DNA of 64,000 nucleotides from Leptogorgia sarmentosa (lineage: Eukaryota). The notes under the pieces are model-generated. The model saw only the letters and a program-made list of their open reading frames with translations, had not been told where the DNA came from and did no database searches. The stretch lies in NCBI GenBank assembly GCA_964658305.1, contig OZ210885.1:23188001-23252000 (forward strand), read 5' to 3'. Positions 12,878 through 24,149 of the stretch are shown here, piece by piece (positions within the stretch are counted from its first letter, which is position 1; each line of letters begins with the position of its first letter). The translations under genes were made by a program, and so were the position numbers.

Positions 12878-14105
12878 ATGTCTAAGCGAAAGCAGTGGGA
12901 TGCGTTTAAGAACAAAATGTCACGCAAAAGAATGGGTAAAAAAGAAGAGAAAGATGACATTGAGTATTTGACAGTGCAGCAACTTTCTCCCTCAGTGGAA
13001 GGAAAAGCACAAAAATACACAAGAATTGGCCCATTGACAATGGTACCTTTCCCGCATGAAGATAAGACATTGGAAAATATAAAAGAAGCATGCAAGGATC
13101 ATTTTGATATTGGTGAAGGATTTCAGTGCGACATTCTTGCAGGGGAAAGAGGGCCATCTTACACAAGTGTGAATCAAATAAAGAACTGGAAGCTTATTCA
13201 CATCAGATTCATGGAAAACGACATCAATTTGCATAAGCGCAAAAGAGGAAATGAGTTCAAGCGACCTAATACACCATCTTCACCTTTTAGTGAAACGGGG
13301 TTTGGTGAAAATCCGACCCAAGCACAAAGCCAGCCAATATCAGTATCAAATGTCAATGTTGTAACATCATCCGCATTCCCCAATTCTGTCCCTCTCAGTC
13401 AACTAATAAAGATTGGTAAGTTGATCCCACCTAAGAAGACTGTTGTTACTTTGCAGTTGGAATCATTCAATGTTGAGAGTAGCAGCTGGAAAGATAAGGT
13501 TGAAGCAGTGATGTCAATTGATGTTGACAAGTTTGCAAGTGGTGGCTGCTGTGATGCATTTTTAGCTACAGGTCTTAAAGGATTGGTCGGAAAGTTTGTG
13601 GTGAAGCGTTACAGGCCTGATCGTGTTAAGGAGCTATTGGAATATTTTCACCTTGATATTTTCACACACTAGAAAAGTGGTACAGATGCATACTCTTGCT
13701 CGTCACTTCTCCTTATTGTTGCGTGATAATGCTCCTGTGGAATTTGGTGATACATTCCTCTATACAAAGCTGTATTATGCAGTGCTGAAAGAAGAGTTTG
13801 TTACGGTAGAGCCTTACATTGAAGGAAATTTCAGAAATATGTTAATAACACTGGTGACATTGTACTGAAGGATGGCAGTGACCTGGCTATGAAGGCAGAA
13901 TCATTTGTTCACTACTCTTGATTGTGGATTTGCAAGGTGTAGAGTTTATGCTGTGCGACCCAGAAATAGCAAGCAGCAAGTTATATGATGAAAACAATGA
14001 CATTTATTTCTGTGCTGGAAACCTTTCAACCAATGCAATAGAGACATTTTTAAACAACACAAATGCAACAAGTTTTGTGAACTATTATCTTTGAATAAGC
14101 CATGA
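12878..14105 (+). pseudogene. Alpha-kinase (eEF2K/MHCK/TRPM7-type) gene, intronless, frameshifted
   Basis: FASGGCCDAF, FVVKRY, VQMHTLARHF, TVEPYIEGNF, KYVNNTG, KAESFVHYS, IVDLQGV, LCDPEIAS, FCAGNL, HKCNKFC read across shifts near 13650 and 13835 and a deletion near 13918. Confidence 0.9.
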
Positions 14106-14589
14106 AGATGTGCACTATTATGTGCATATTGTAAGTACACATGCATATAGTAAGTATGAGCTGTTAAGTGTTCTGTGCATACACATTTGTTTGGGGTGCG
14201 CCAGATGTGGGTATCTAGCCAGATAGTGACTAACTCATAGTATCTGGTACGTACCAGTAGGTATTCAGTAGTAACTGGGCATGATCTGGAAAATGTTTCT
14301 CCTGATATTTCCAATGTATCAACATGTTAACATATTATTACTTCTGACATGGATGTGCATGTTAAAATATCAACATTTGAGTTAATCACTGTCTGGTGGA
14401 CCACTTTATTTGTGTTGTTAAATGTTGGAAATGTTGGAAAATCAATCTGATTGACATTCACAACTTTTTTTACAAAACTTTTTTAACTTGTGAGATTGAT
14501 TTTATGGTTGAAGGAAATTTGTTTTCAGAATTTATTTAACTTATTAAATAAAACATGTTCATATTTGGTTCATTAACAAACTTTAAAAT

Positions 14590-14804
14590 TTATGCATCAA
14601 CTAATGATGAATGTCCATCAATGTTCTGCTTTAAGAAACGAAAGGCTAATGGAGCTTCATTTGGAAGAATTTCTTTTCCTTCAGGAAATATCCTTTCACA
14701 TTCTGCATGGAATTGCGGGTGTAGATAGTTGGTATGTTCTAGAATGCCTGAAACTTCTGCAACTTCTTCTAAATCTTCATCACTTACATGTGTTCCACAC
14801 TTAA
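14590..14804 (-). pseudogene. C-terminal exon of an IS3EU-like integrase/transposase
   Basis: GTHVSDEDLEEVAEVSGIL...PQFHAECE...AFRFLKQNI aligns with GWAISEAQLEEVANESGVL...PQFRRACE...AFIYLKENI (25950-26150). Cut at TTAA by the Sola3-like end. Confidence 0.75.
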
Positions 14805-16489
14805 GAGGCTGTCTCTGTAAGAACCGACCGGTGGTTCTCAAATTGAAAATCAACCATGTCCTATATTTCTGTCATTTGTTAGACTTAATGAGAACGACAT
14901 GTAATCATACTGAGAATTTTCCCACTCCTGTGTATTCCTGAGATTTTTATGATTTTGACCTTACGCCAAACAATGGTGCTTTTTACGCTTTAGTTGGTGC
15001 GTAAATGACACTTTTATGTTGCCCTGTTGCACAGATGTGTGAGAGATTTTCTGAATTATTTTTATATATTTTTAAAATTCAATGATTCAACTTCACGTTT
15101 CTGATTTTGTTTGGTTCGAATCGCATTTAATTTATAATATAATCATAGTAAACTTCGGAGCTATTTCCAATGATCAGCTGTGCTGTTAAAATTAGCTTAT
15201 TGTGAAATCGTTTTTTCCAAAAGTGGCACCACTTACAAACTCTGCCTCTGAATAGCATTGAAGAACAAGTGGTGTACTATATTCCCATGGAAAAACATTT
15301 GTGGGGAAACAGTTTTAAAATATTTTAATCCCGGCACAAAGTTTGCTATTTTCAACTAAATTAGGCCGAAACCGGAAATGACAAACCAGACGACAAAAAT
15401 AACATTTTGTCATTATTTATAGCAAATATAATTTCTGGTATATAAATTGTGTTTTATTTTCGAGAATAAAATCATTTTAAATGTTTATGAATGATATTTG
15501 TACCGAAATGATATGTGCCCTCCACTCATAATGTAAACAAATGCTTTGTTGACATTTTGAACAGCTATATTTGTAAAATATGATAATACTAACAGCATAT
15601 CTAACGCTGTTTTGGTTTGCTTTGGTCATAAATGGATATAAACCAGAGTTTTGATTCAAAAAAAGTTCGGAACATTACAAAATTTTTGCAATGTTATATC
15701 TGCGGGTCCCGATTTGTTATGAGCAGAACCGATGCGCAGAACGGAGTGAACATCACCTTTAAACATTTCATTGATAAATGACCTGCTATTACATGCAGCG
15801 GCGTGAATATCTTATAGTAAACAAAAATAAGCTTTGATTAATTGATTTGACCATTCTTGTGTGCGGGAAAATTCAAATGCAATTGTAAACAGACTATAAA
15901 CATTTAGTCAAGGCATGCTGTATTCAACTAAAGTGATCCAAGTTTATTACAAGATTTCCATGTCAATACAATACAATAAATCGCTAATGTTGTGCGATCT
16001 CCGTCAATTTTTTTTGCAGTTATATGCATGGATATAGCCTACACAACGCAACTTTTCATTTTCACGAATATTTTTTCTAGTGCACTTGTTAAAACTTTAC
16101 TTCATATGGCATACTGTACTACTAACCTACTGACCAGTGTATTACATATATAAATAAATATTACTAATAAGATAGTTAATGTAAAAATTAGCAAGTTCCA
16201 GACGGAGCTTCAGAGTAAAAAAACTGTTATGGCATTAGAAAACACTTTTAGTTTTGCGGAGTTTGATTGAATGTTTATAAACTGATTCTTTGCTGACATA
16301 GCTAAATTTGATTTACCTATCTGCTTTTGCGACATGAGTAATATATATAGCTAAATAAGCGTCTGCAATTAGCAAGCTATATATAACTCTCCTTGTCTAG
16401 ACTAGGTCTTTTTTCCAAGAGGTCGTTTTGAGACGGTATTTCTCAATTTCACACGTTCTATAAAATTGACTGCACAAATTGAGAGAATT

Positions 16490-16825
16490 ATGGAACAAAT
16501 TTGCTTTCTGCGTGATCGTAATGTTGGCGAATGTGGAAGTGATCGTGGTACATCAGCTTATGTTTCACTTGGTAGTTGCAATGACGACATAATTGGCCAT
16601 CTTGCCGGTTGCCATCTATCACGAGAACGCCTCACGGAATATCAGCTCATATTAGCTCGAGCAGGCTTATTTGATCTCCTGGACGAGCAACTGCAATGTA
16701 TGAAAATCTGCCCAAAACATCGTCATAACCTTGGTAGATTCTGGCATCCAGTTAGATCTTGTCAATATCCTTGCCCATACAGGTCGTCCACGAAACATTA
16801 AAGGAAACCGGGTTATAAATTTACA
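16490..16825 (+). pseudogene. Cys/His-rich N-terminal exon of the Sola3-like transposase
   Basis: CNDDIIGHL...EYQLILARAGLF...ICPKHRHNLGRFW...SCQYP; frameshifted near 16775; upstream of and co-oriented with the 947-aa ORF. Confidence 0.6.
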
Positions 16826-17432
16826 AGGTGTTTGTGAAGGTGTTTGTTTTGAGAAATAATGATCAAATAAGTAAAATTTGCGAATCATCAATGCGATCAT
16901 CCAAATTCATTCAAGGGGCAATGCGAGCATGAGGGAAGTCGGTAGCAAAAGGGTGTGGCTGCGAATTTTCAAACCCAAAATTTCCACTCGCATATAAAGT
17001 CACAGAGGTTCGATTGGGTTCAAATAAGTCGAGCACATTTCATCCGGTAAATCGTTCTCAGGAATAGCTGCAAGCAGAAGAAGCTAATCTGTTTAACTGA
17101 AGCATCCTATCGTAATCTGGGACGAACATGCAACGGCGGTCATATGATTACATTCGGAAAGGAATAATCACGGTTCCATTTCTGACGATTCTAATCCTAT
17201 TCCGTTAGATCTTCTTGCATCATTCCAGAATATATTAGATTTTTAGACGATAAAAAACATACTTTTTCTTTTCTTATTTAAAATTCTAAATTGTTTTCAA
17301 TGTTTCTTTTCTTGCACTTGTAGATTAGCGAAATTATCATTCAAAAGTGTTGAAATCGGAACCCCTGACGTAGACCAGACACCCGTCGCCAAGAATAGAA
17401 ATGACACTCCGCTATGGACGCCTAGTTGTTAT

Positions 17433-20276
17433 ATGGCTTCCGCAAATTCGTCTTCAACCAGTGGAGATGAGCAACCGAATCCTGCAGAAATTTACAATGA
17501 AGCAATAACTCGAATAGCATCACTTACATCCAATGAACCAGCTACTTTGACATATCAACTAACCAGTACCTGGAACGACACGCCAACCACCAAAAAAGAT
17601 TTATATATTGAAACAGCAAGAAAAGCTTGCATGAATGTCTGTGACGCTATTGCACCAAATGCTGGGGAAGAATTATTTACTGCGACAGCATGCTCTTTGC
17701 TACCTCAGGTCTCTGATGATCTTGTTGCACTCATGTCTGCATATCAACTCGCCACCACCAGAAACACAAAGCTCCAAATTCTAAGTATTTATGCGCACAG
17801 ATATACAACAGAAACCCTGATAAAACTGCACGAGCCATACGGAAAAATAACGAAATGGCAAGTGAAAAAGGCTAGAGAACATGCTAATGTAAATGGTCCA
17901 GGTAACGAAGTAGAGAAAATCAAGCAAAACAGGATTCGAATAGATAGAACAAAGCTAGATCACTTTATCGATTTTGCAAATCGGCCTTACTTCTACCAAG
18001 ATGTGGCGTTTGGAACAAGAGAGCTCAAATTAGATGCTGGATCAAAGCTAACAATGCCAAATGTAATACGTAATGTCACTAGATCAACATTGATCTCTCA
18101 ATACATGCAATATTGCGATGAGCAGAAGGTAAAGTCACTCAGTCGTGCCACACTTTTCCGAATCTTGAAAATCAGAGAAGCCAGTGAGAGGAAATCTTTG
18201 CATGGTGTAGACAATATTGCTGCGGACGGTTCTTCAGGTATCGAGAAGCTGAAACAAATCGTTCTCGAAATGGACGAACTTGGTGTTGGCAGAGAATGGG
18301 CTGAAATAACCGTACAGAAATTGAATTCCGCCAAAGTATATTTAAAATCTGATTTTATGGTTCACTGCAAAGAGAAAAGTCCATGTCCTGATCATTGCAG
18401 GCGTTTTGCACTGAGTTATATAACAGATAAACTGCTCCAAGGATCGTGCAATCACGAACATTTGCTTTTCTGTGAGAGGTGCGAGGATTTGAAACAGGTT
18501 GTCAGCGATATCGAAGAAGCAATTCAAAAGAATTCTAGTAAATTTTTCTCTTGTGAACAAAGAGACGACTTGCTCTATGATTTTAACCGTGCAAAAGAAA
18601 ACATTTTCAAGTGGAAATGTCACGTTTTGAGATCATGTAATCAAGAAACAGCAAAACAGAAAGTCCTATCATCACTTGACGAAAGTTCGGCTCTAATTGT
18701 CATAGACTGGGCAATGAAATTTCTACAGTTGAGGCATCGAGAAAAGCAGTCCGACTGGTATGGCAAGAGACGTATCAGTTGGCACGTCAGTAGTGTTGTT
18801 ACAAAAAATAACAAGACAGCCAAGATTGAAGTGTCAACTTACACCCATTTAATAGATTCTTGCACGCAAGATTGGTATACCGTCGCATCAGTCCTTGAGA
18901 ATCTTTTAGAAAATGTTCGTAAACGACATCCCAGAATAACAAATGTGTATATACGCTCAGACGAAGCAGGGTGCTATCATAACAATTTACTAATAGCATC
19001 GTTAAAAGATATCGGGGAGAGAGTAGGGATGAAGGTTGTCAGTTATGACTATTCTGAACCACAACACAGTAAAGACATATGTGACCGCATATTATGCCCA
19101 ATGAAACTAGCGATGCGGCGATATTGCGACGAAGGCCACGACATTTTGAGTGCAAAAGACATGAAAAAAGCACTACTTGAGCATCCAATTAGTGGAGTTA
19201 CTGCTTCAGTGAACAAAATAGACGAGTCAAAAATGACAGCTGAGGTAAAACCTATAAAAAACTTCAATACTTTTCACAACTTTGAGATAGAAGAACAGGG
19301 TGTTAGAGTCAGGAAAGCATTTGGTGTTGGAAAAGGGAAATTCATTCCTTTCTCAGAGGTTGTCGTAAAAAAACAAAAACAGACAGGCATTCAGGAAGAT
19401 GATGGATTTTTTGAATTTAATGTGAGAACTATCAAGGAAGAGGAAGAAAGGGCAGAGGACGAAGAATCAAGTATAGTTGAGTGTACTGTTCCAGGATGCG
19501 AAAAAGTCTTCAAAAGTTTTGAAAATCTGGAAATTCATCTCAGCGCGGGAAACCACACCAATACACTAGTAAAGGAAACATTGTACGACAGTTTGAGAGA
19601 GGAATGGGCCGTTAAGTTTCAAACTATTGATGTAATTTGCAAGGGAAAACAATCAGACTCAAGTGAAGTATTTGCAACCTTGACCAGCCACCCCACGGCC
19701 GCAGAGAACAAAATGGGCTGGGCTCTAAGCAAGCCCAGTGCATCATCCCGGTTCAGCACGAATGTCCGAAATTATTTGACAGCAAAGTTTGATATTGGTG
19801 AGCAAACTGGTTGCAAGTTCAACTCTTGTGACATAGAAGCTGATATGCGTAAGTGTCGGAATGAAAACAACGAAAGACGATTTACTCGCGAAGAATGGCT
19901 AACATCAAACCAAATCAAAAGCTTTTTTTCTCGTCTTGCTGCTGCTAGGAAAAAAAGGAGAGAAATGGGTGCGGAAGATGAAAGGGATCCAGTGGAAGAC
20001 GTAGACGATTCAGAAGTAGCATTCGAGGAAAGAGTTTGCCAAATAAACGACATTGTTGATCAAATAGGAATTCAGCATCCCATCATCTATGACATTTACG
20101 ATTTATGTGAGTATTACAAAAATGAGAAACTTCGCCTATTCAATATCAGCATGTTAAAGATGATATGTGGGCATTTCGAGATACCATTCAGGTCAAGAGA
20201 TCGCAAGCCTGACCTTATTCTGAAAGTTGGAGAAATGATCAGTGAATGCCAGTGCTGCTCAAGAACCGATGAATAA
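17433..20276 (+). CDS. Sola3-like DDD transposase with C2H2 zinc finger (947-aa open frame, probably the last exon)
   Basis: VIDWAMKF..REKQSDWYGKR.ISWH, RSDEAGCYH, SEPQHSKDICDR catalytic motifs; C2H2 CTVPGCEKVF...HLSAGNH; possible SAP-like C-terminus. Splice acceptor near 17323. Confidence 0.8.
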   Translation: MASANSSSTSGDEQPNPAEIYNEAITRIASLTSNEPATLTYQLTSTWNDTPTTKKDLYIETARKACMNVCDAIAPNAGEELFTATACSLLPQVSDDLVALMSAYQLATTRNTKLQILSIYAHRYTTETLIKLHEPYGKITKWQVKKAREHANVNGPGNEVEKIKQNRIRIDRTKLDHFIDFANRPYFYQDVAFGTRELKLDAGSKLTMPNVIRNVTRSTLISQYMQYCDEQKVKSLSRATLFRILKIREASERKSLHGVDNIAADGSSGIEKLKQIVLEMDELGVGREWAEITVQKLNSAKVYLKSDFMVHCKEKSPCPDHCRRFALSYITDKLLQGSCNHEHLLFCERCEDLKQVVSDIEEAIQKNSSKFFSCEQRDDLLYDFNRAKENIFKWKCHVLRSCNQETAKQKVLSSLDESSALIVIDWAMKFLQLRHREKQSDWYGKRRISWHVSSVVTKNNKTAKIEVSTYTHLIDSCTQDWYTVASVLENLLENVRKRHPRITNVYIRSDEAGCYHNNLLIASLKDIGERVGMKVVSYDYSEPQHSKDICDRILCPMKLAMRRYCDEGHDILSAKDMKKALLEHPISGVTASVNKIDESKMTAEVKPIKNFNTFHNFEIEEQGVRVRKAFGVGKGKFIPFSEVVVKKQKQTGIQEDDGFFEFNVRTIKEEEERAEDEESSIVECTVPGCEKVFKSFENLEIHLSAGNHTNTLVKETLYDSLREEWAVKFQTIDVICKGKQSDSSEVFATLTSHPTAAENKMGWALSKPSASSRFSTNVRNYLTAKFDIGEQTGCKFNSCDIEADMRKCRNENNERRFTREEWLTSNQIKSFFSRLAAARKKRREMGAEDERDPVEDVDDSEVAFEERVCQINDIVDQIGIQHPIIYDIYDLCEYYKNEKLRLFNISMLKMICGHFEIPFRSRDRKPDLILKVGEMISECQCCSRTDE

Positions 20277-20430
20277 CTGATTACTCTTCATAAGCACAGA
20301 CAGTGACATAGAGTCAGAGTTATGAGTATTTAAGTTACTGTAACTATTTGGTACAATTATAGGCCACAAAGAACGGGCGCTATTCAGTACACAAACAGTT
20401 GAAATCTTGGTTGAAATTTTCAAATTATAA

Positions 20431-21480
20431 GTATAGAACTATATGGCGGGCGGCGTGCACGAACGTGAATTTTCAATAATTTAAGAAACCTCTCGACCTC
20501 GCACTAACCTCGTAGCTACACTATGAATAAAAGAGGTTATGTTAATGAGTTTATCAGGATTCCTGTAAAATGTTGGCGTTTGTGTTTGTTTAAATGTTGT
20601 CCATGAGGGAGTACATTTCATCGCAACATCGCAGTACTACACGACATCTAGTTCGCTTTCCAAATACATGGACAGTATATGATCTGGTACACTTCTGAAT
20701 ATTTTACAAATATGGTAGGTACTTTTCTTTTTTTGTTCAATACGTTTTTAGTCGACAACTAAAAAGTCTTGCATGTTTTTTTTGCTGTGACATCAGGTAC
20801 TAGTTACTAGTACTACTCTCTACTGGTGCATTCATGGCCATGTAAGATATTGCAGCCTTTTAAATTCTGAAACTTTGGAAAAGTTGAGTGCATCGCTAAA
20901 ATTATCATCATTTTGACTTTGGTTTGGCCCTTGTAAGTCATATTTTCTGATCATAGCATTATTAATTGTAACATTGGTACTGTATCTATGCTTTTTGCTT
21001 TATAGGTGTCCCAATTGGTCACGTCCAGTATATCAGTTTCATCTTGTTTTGTGCAATTTCCATTGCTGCCTTGGACACTGCTTCTCAGTAACAGTCTCTT
21101 GTATGCAGCAGTAAACTGCTCAGCTGTTGGATTGTTGTTGAAACCACCCGAGGAACGAATGGCACCAAAGAAAAGTTCCAAGTGATCTTCCAGGCTAAAC
21201 TACATTCAAAACTATACTTCATTGGTGCCCCTTCATTTTCAATTAACTCAAGAAATATCTTCTTGATGCTATCAATTGTGAGAAGGAAACCAACCAAGCC
21301 AGTTTCATGATAGGTTTTGTACATTAGAACACCAGATGCATTTTTAAGACCCATATTAAATATATACACAAGCTTCGTCAAGACAGGATTTCAGTTGTGC
21401 TTGTTGCTTTCATGAAGAGCAGCTTTGAAACTCTTGGCACATGGATTTCTGGAGTTGAGTATGTCAAATAAGTGGCTTCT
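20431..21480 (-). mobile_element. P-element/THAP9-like transposon, 3' remnant
   Basis: FDILNSRNP, TGLVGFLLTIDS, DHLELFFGAIRSSGGFNNNPTAEQFTAAYKRLL; ends in a terminus shared with 23560-24007. Confidence 0.88.
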
Positions 21481-22432
21481 GAACCCTGGAACTGTCCAAT
21501 ATTATGAAAGAAACAAACTTTGATTAAACAAGGAGAATGCTCTGAACTATCCATACCTTATTAAGAAGCATTGATTACTTCCAACAAATCAGTCTTAACA
21601 TGAATGTTCAAACGAACCTTAATCTGGAAAATAATTAGTGTAGCATTATGAAGAGTGTTGTTCAGTGGTGGACACTAGGGCGGCCAGGAGGGTGTGCACT
21701 TGCCCGATAATTTCTTGAAACTTTCGGATGATAGTTCACTGTGTGAAAAGCTGTCTTAATGATTTCACAACCACAAAAGCCTTGATAGGTTTATACATGT
21801 AATTGAAGTAAATTTGCATGAAATTAAGGCAAATACTTTTAAAGAACTGATATTTGCAGAACTGGCATTGATTATGATTCCTTTAATTGGCATTGCACCC
21901 TAATGCAACCCCCCTTATTATTCTATTCTGTATAACATGAGATGATTTTATCAGTCATGGGGAAGTGTGGGGAATAAGTTAATCAGACTATCTGTAAATG
22001 TGTCCTGTTCACCCTTCAACTTACATTGTAATATTCACAGCACTCCCCACCTAACTTGTTTTGCAGATAATTTCATTTGCCACAGGCAAGTGTTTCAGTT
22101 AAGAAAAGAATGATTAAGAATAGAATGGTTGACTGTTGGATAATTGTAATATACATATGCCAAACGTTTCTATATTTCGAATGTGATAGAGAATACATTT
22201 TTGGGCAAATGGAATTCTTTTTCAAAAGTCAGATGTTGGGTTGTTTGAATTTTTAACTTAGAGTAGGGCTCAGAATACAATGAGAAATGGATGGAAACAA
22301 TACATTCCAAATTTTATAACATTTATTAAGCAAAGATATATAATTTGAATATATAATAACAATATAGTTATTGAATAATACAGAATTGCATAATATATAA
22401 TCCATATACATACATAATTGTTCATATTTTAG

Positions 22433-24007
22433 ATGCAAAAAGCGCGTACGACTTCAAATAGTGTCGTGGATAAAATTGATATTGATAGTTTAACTCCTGA
22501 AATGGAAGATGAATCTGATGAATGTGGACCACCTCCTGCAAAGAAAATGGCACTTGATAATGAATACTGTGACAAGAAAGGAAATAGAAATGGAAAAGAT
22601 GAAGCAGGATCATCATGAAAAGGTTTCAAGTATTAAAAAGATACTGAAGGTGTCCCAGCAAAAAACAAGGCATGTCAAGAAAAGAGTTACATCTCTGAAG
22701 AGCATAGTTAAGCAGCTAAAGGAGAAGGACTTGATTTCTTCGGCATGTGAAGAGATGCTACAAAGAAATTTTTCTGGAGTACCTGTTGCATTATTTAAAA
22801 GAATGGCATCAAATTCTGGTAAAGGGTGTAAATACTCTCCAGAACTTAAGGCCTTTGCTATAACACTCCAATTCTATTCAGCTAAAGCTTATGACTTTGT
22901 GCGGAAAACATTTAACCTTGCACTGCCCCACCCAGTACAGATCCGAAAGTGGTACTCTAAGGTCCCAGCAGAACCAGGATTTACTGAACCAGCATTTCAA
23001 GCACTTTCCCAAAGATTAAAGAGCTCTGGAAAGAAAGTGATCTGCAGCCTGATGATTGATGAGATGGCTATAAAGAAGCATGTTTCCTGGGATGGAAAAA
23101 AATTTCGTGGCTATGTTGACCTTGGAAATAGTGTTGAAGATGATGATTCTGCACATATAGCAAAAGATGCTCTTGTCTTCATGGTTGTTGGTGTGAATGA
23201 AACATGGAAAGTTCCTGTTGGTTACTTTTTTATAGATGGGCTGAGTGGAAAAGAACGAGCAAATTTGATTAAAGTTTGTACCAAGAAATTGCATGATGTT
23301 GGAGTTGACATCATCTCCCTTATATGTGATGGCCCATCATGTCATTTTGCAATGTTACAGGCACTTGGAGTTGAATTAACCCCACTAAAGATCAAGCCAT
23401 ATTTCCTACACCCTTTGGATGAAAATAAAAAAATCTATGTGTTTCTGGATATCCAAATGCTACAGCAAAGTGCGATTATTTCAACTTGGCAAAACAACAA
23501 CCGAAATGATGACTAAAAACAAGGTGAGAAAGAAGCTTAGTAAACTTGTCTTGTTTGCACACCAGTAGTACCTGATGTCACAGCAAAAAAAACATGCAAT
23601 ACTTTTTAGTTGTCGAACACCAGTAGTACCTGATGTCACAGCAAAAAAAACATGCAAGACTTTTTAGTTGTTGACTAAAAACGTATTGAAAGAGAAAAGA
23701 AAAGTACCTACCATATTTGTAAAATATTCAGAAGTGTACCAGATCATATACTGTCCATGTATTTGGAAAGCGAACTGGATGTCGTGTAGTACTGCGATGT
23801 TGCGATGAAATGTACTCCCTCATGGACAACATTTGAACAAACACAAACGCCAACATTTTACAGGAATCCTGATCATTTTGGTGATAAACTCATTAACATA
23901 ACCTCTTTTATTCATAGTGTAGCTACGAGGTTAGTACAAGGTCGAGAGGTTTCTTAAATTATCGAAAATTCACGTTCGTGCACGCCGTCCGCCATATAGT
24001 TCTATAC
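22433..24007 (+). mobile_element. P-element/THAP9-like transposon remnant, internally deleted
   Basis: ORF 22509-23516: YSPELKAFAITLQFYSAKAYDFVR..LALPHP, CSLMIDEMAIKK, ALVFMVVG..WKVPVGYFF, ICDG; then jumps to the C-terminus KVRKKLSKLVLFAHQ*. Confidence 0.9.
23559..23676. repeat. Tandem duplication, 2 x ~59 bp
   Basis: caccagtagtacctgatgtcacagcaaaaaaaacatgcaa.actttttagttgt.ga occurs twice. Confidence 0.9.
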
Positions 24008-24149
24008 AAATTTGTCTCACTCGGTGGTCTCCGGAAGTGATTTTTGCATGTTAACATCCGGCTTCACTTTTCATACATAGAGAAGCTATATCCAGTCTAC
24101 TATGAGATCAGTGGTCTCAAACAATAAGCAGGACTGCATCTAGTGTGTC

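Larger units (their letters stand above)
12554..14804. mobile_element. Left part of an IS3EU-like (integrase-type DDE) DNA transposon: terminus, alpha-kinase gene and convergent integrase C-terminus
   Basis: Terminal motif TATGGTGCCCAGGTGTGCCA (12554) is repeated at 12746 and resembles the end at 29048 (reverse). ORF 14590-14804(-) is homologous to the integrase tail at 25950-26150. Confidence 0.6.
14805..20430 (+). mobile_element. Sola3-like DNA transposon; right end not found
   Basis: TTAA|GAGGCTGTCTC at 14801-14815 fits the Sola3 TTAA target and GAG terminus. Long non-coding left arm, then the transposase gene. Abuts a P-element end at 20431. Confidence 0.7.

Noticed and set aside
16828..17220. 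Distinct element inside the Sola3-like gene
   Set aside because: Coding similarity stops here, suggesting an insertion, but I could not find TIRs or a TSD to define it.
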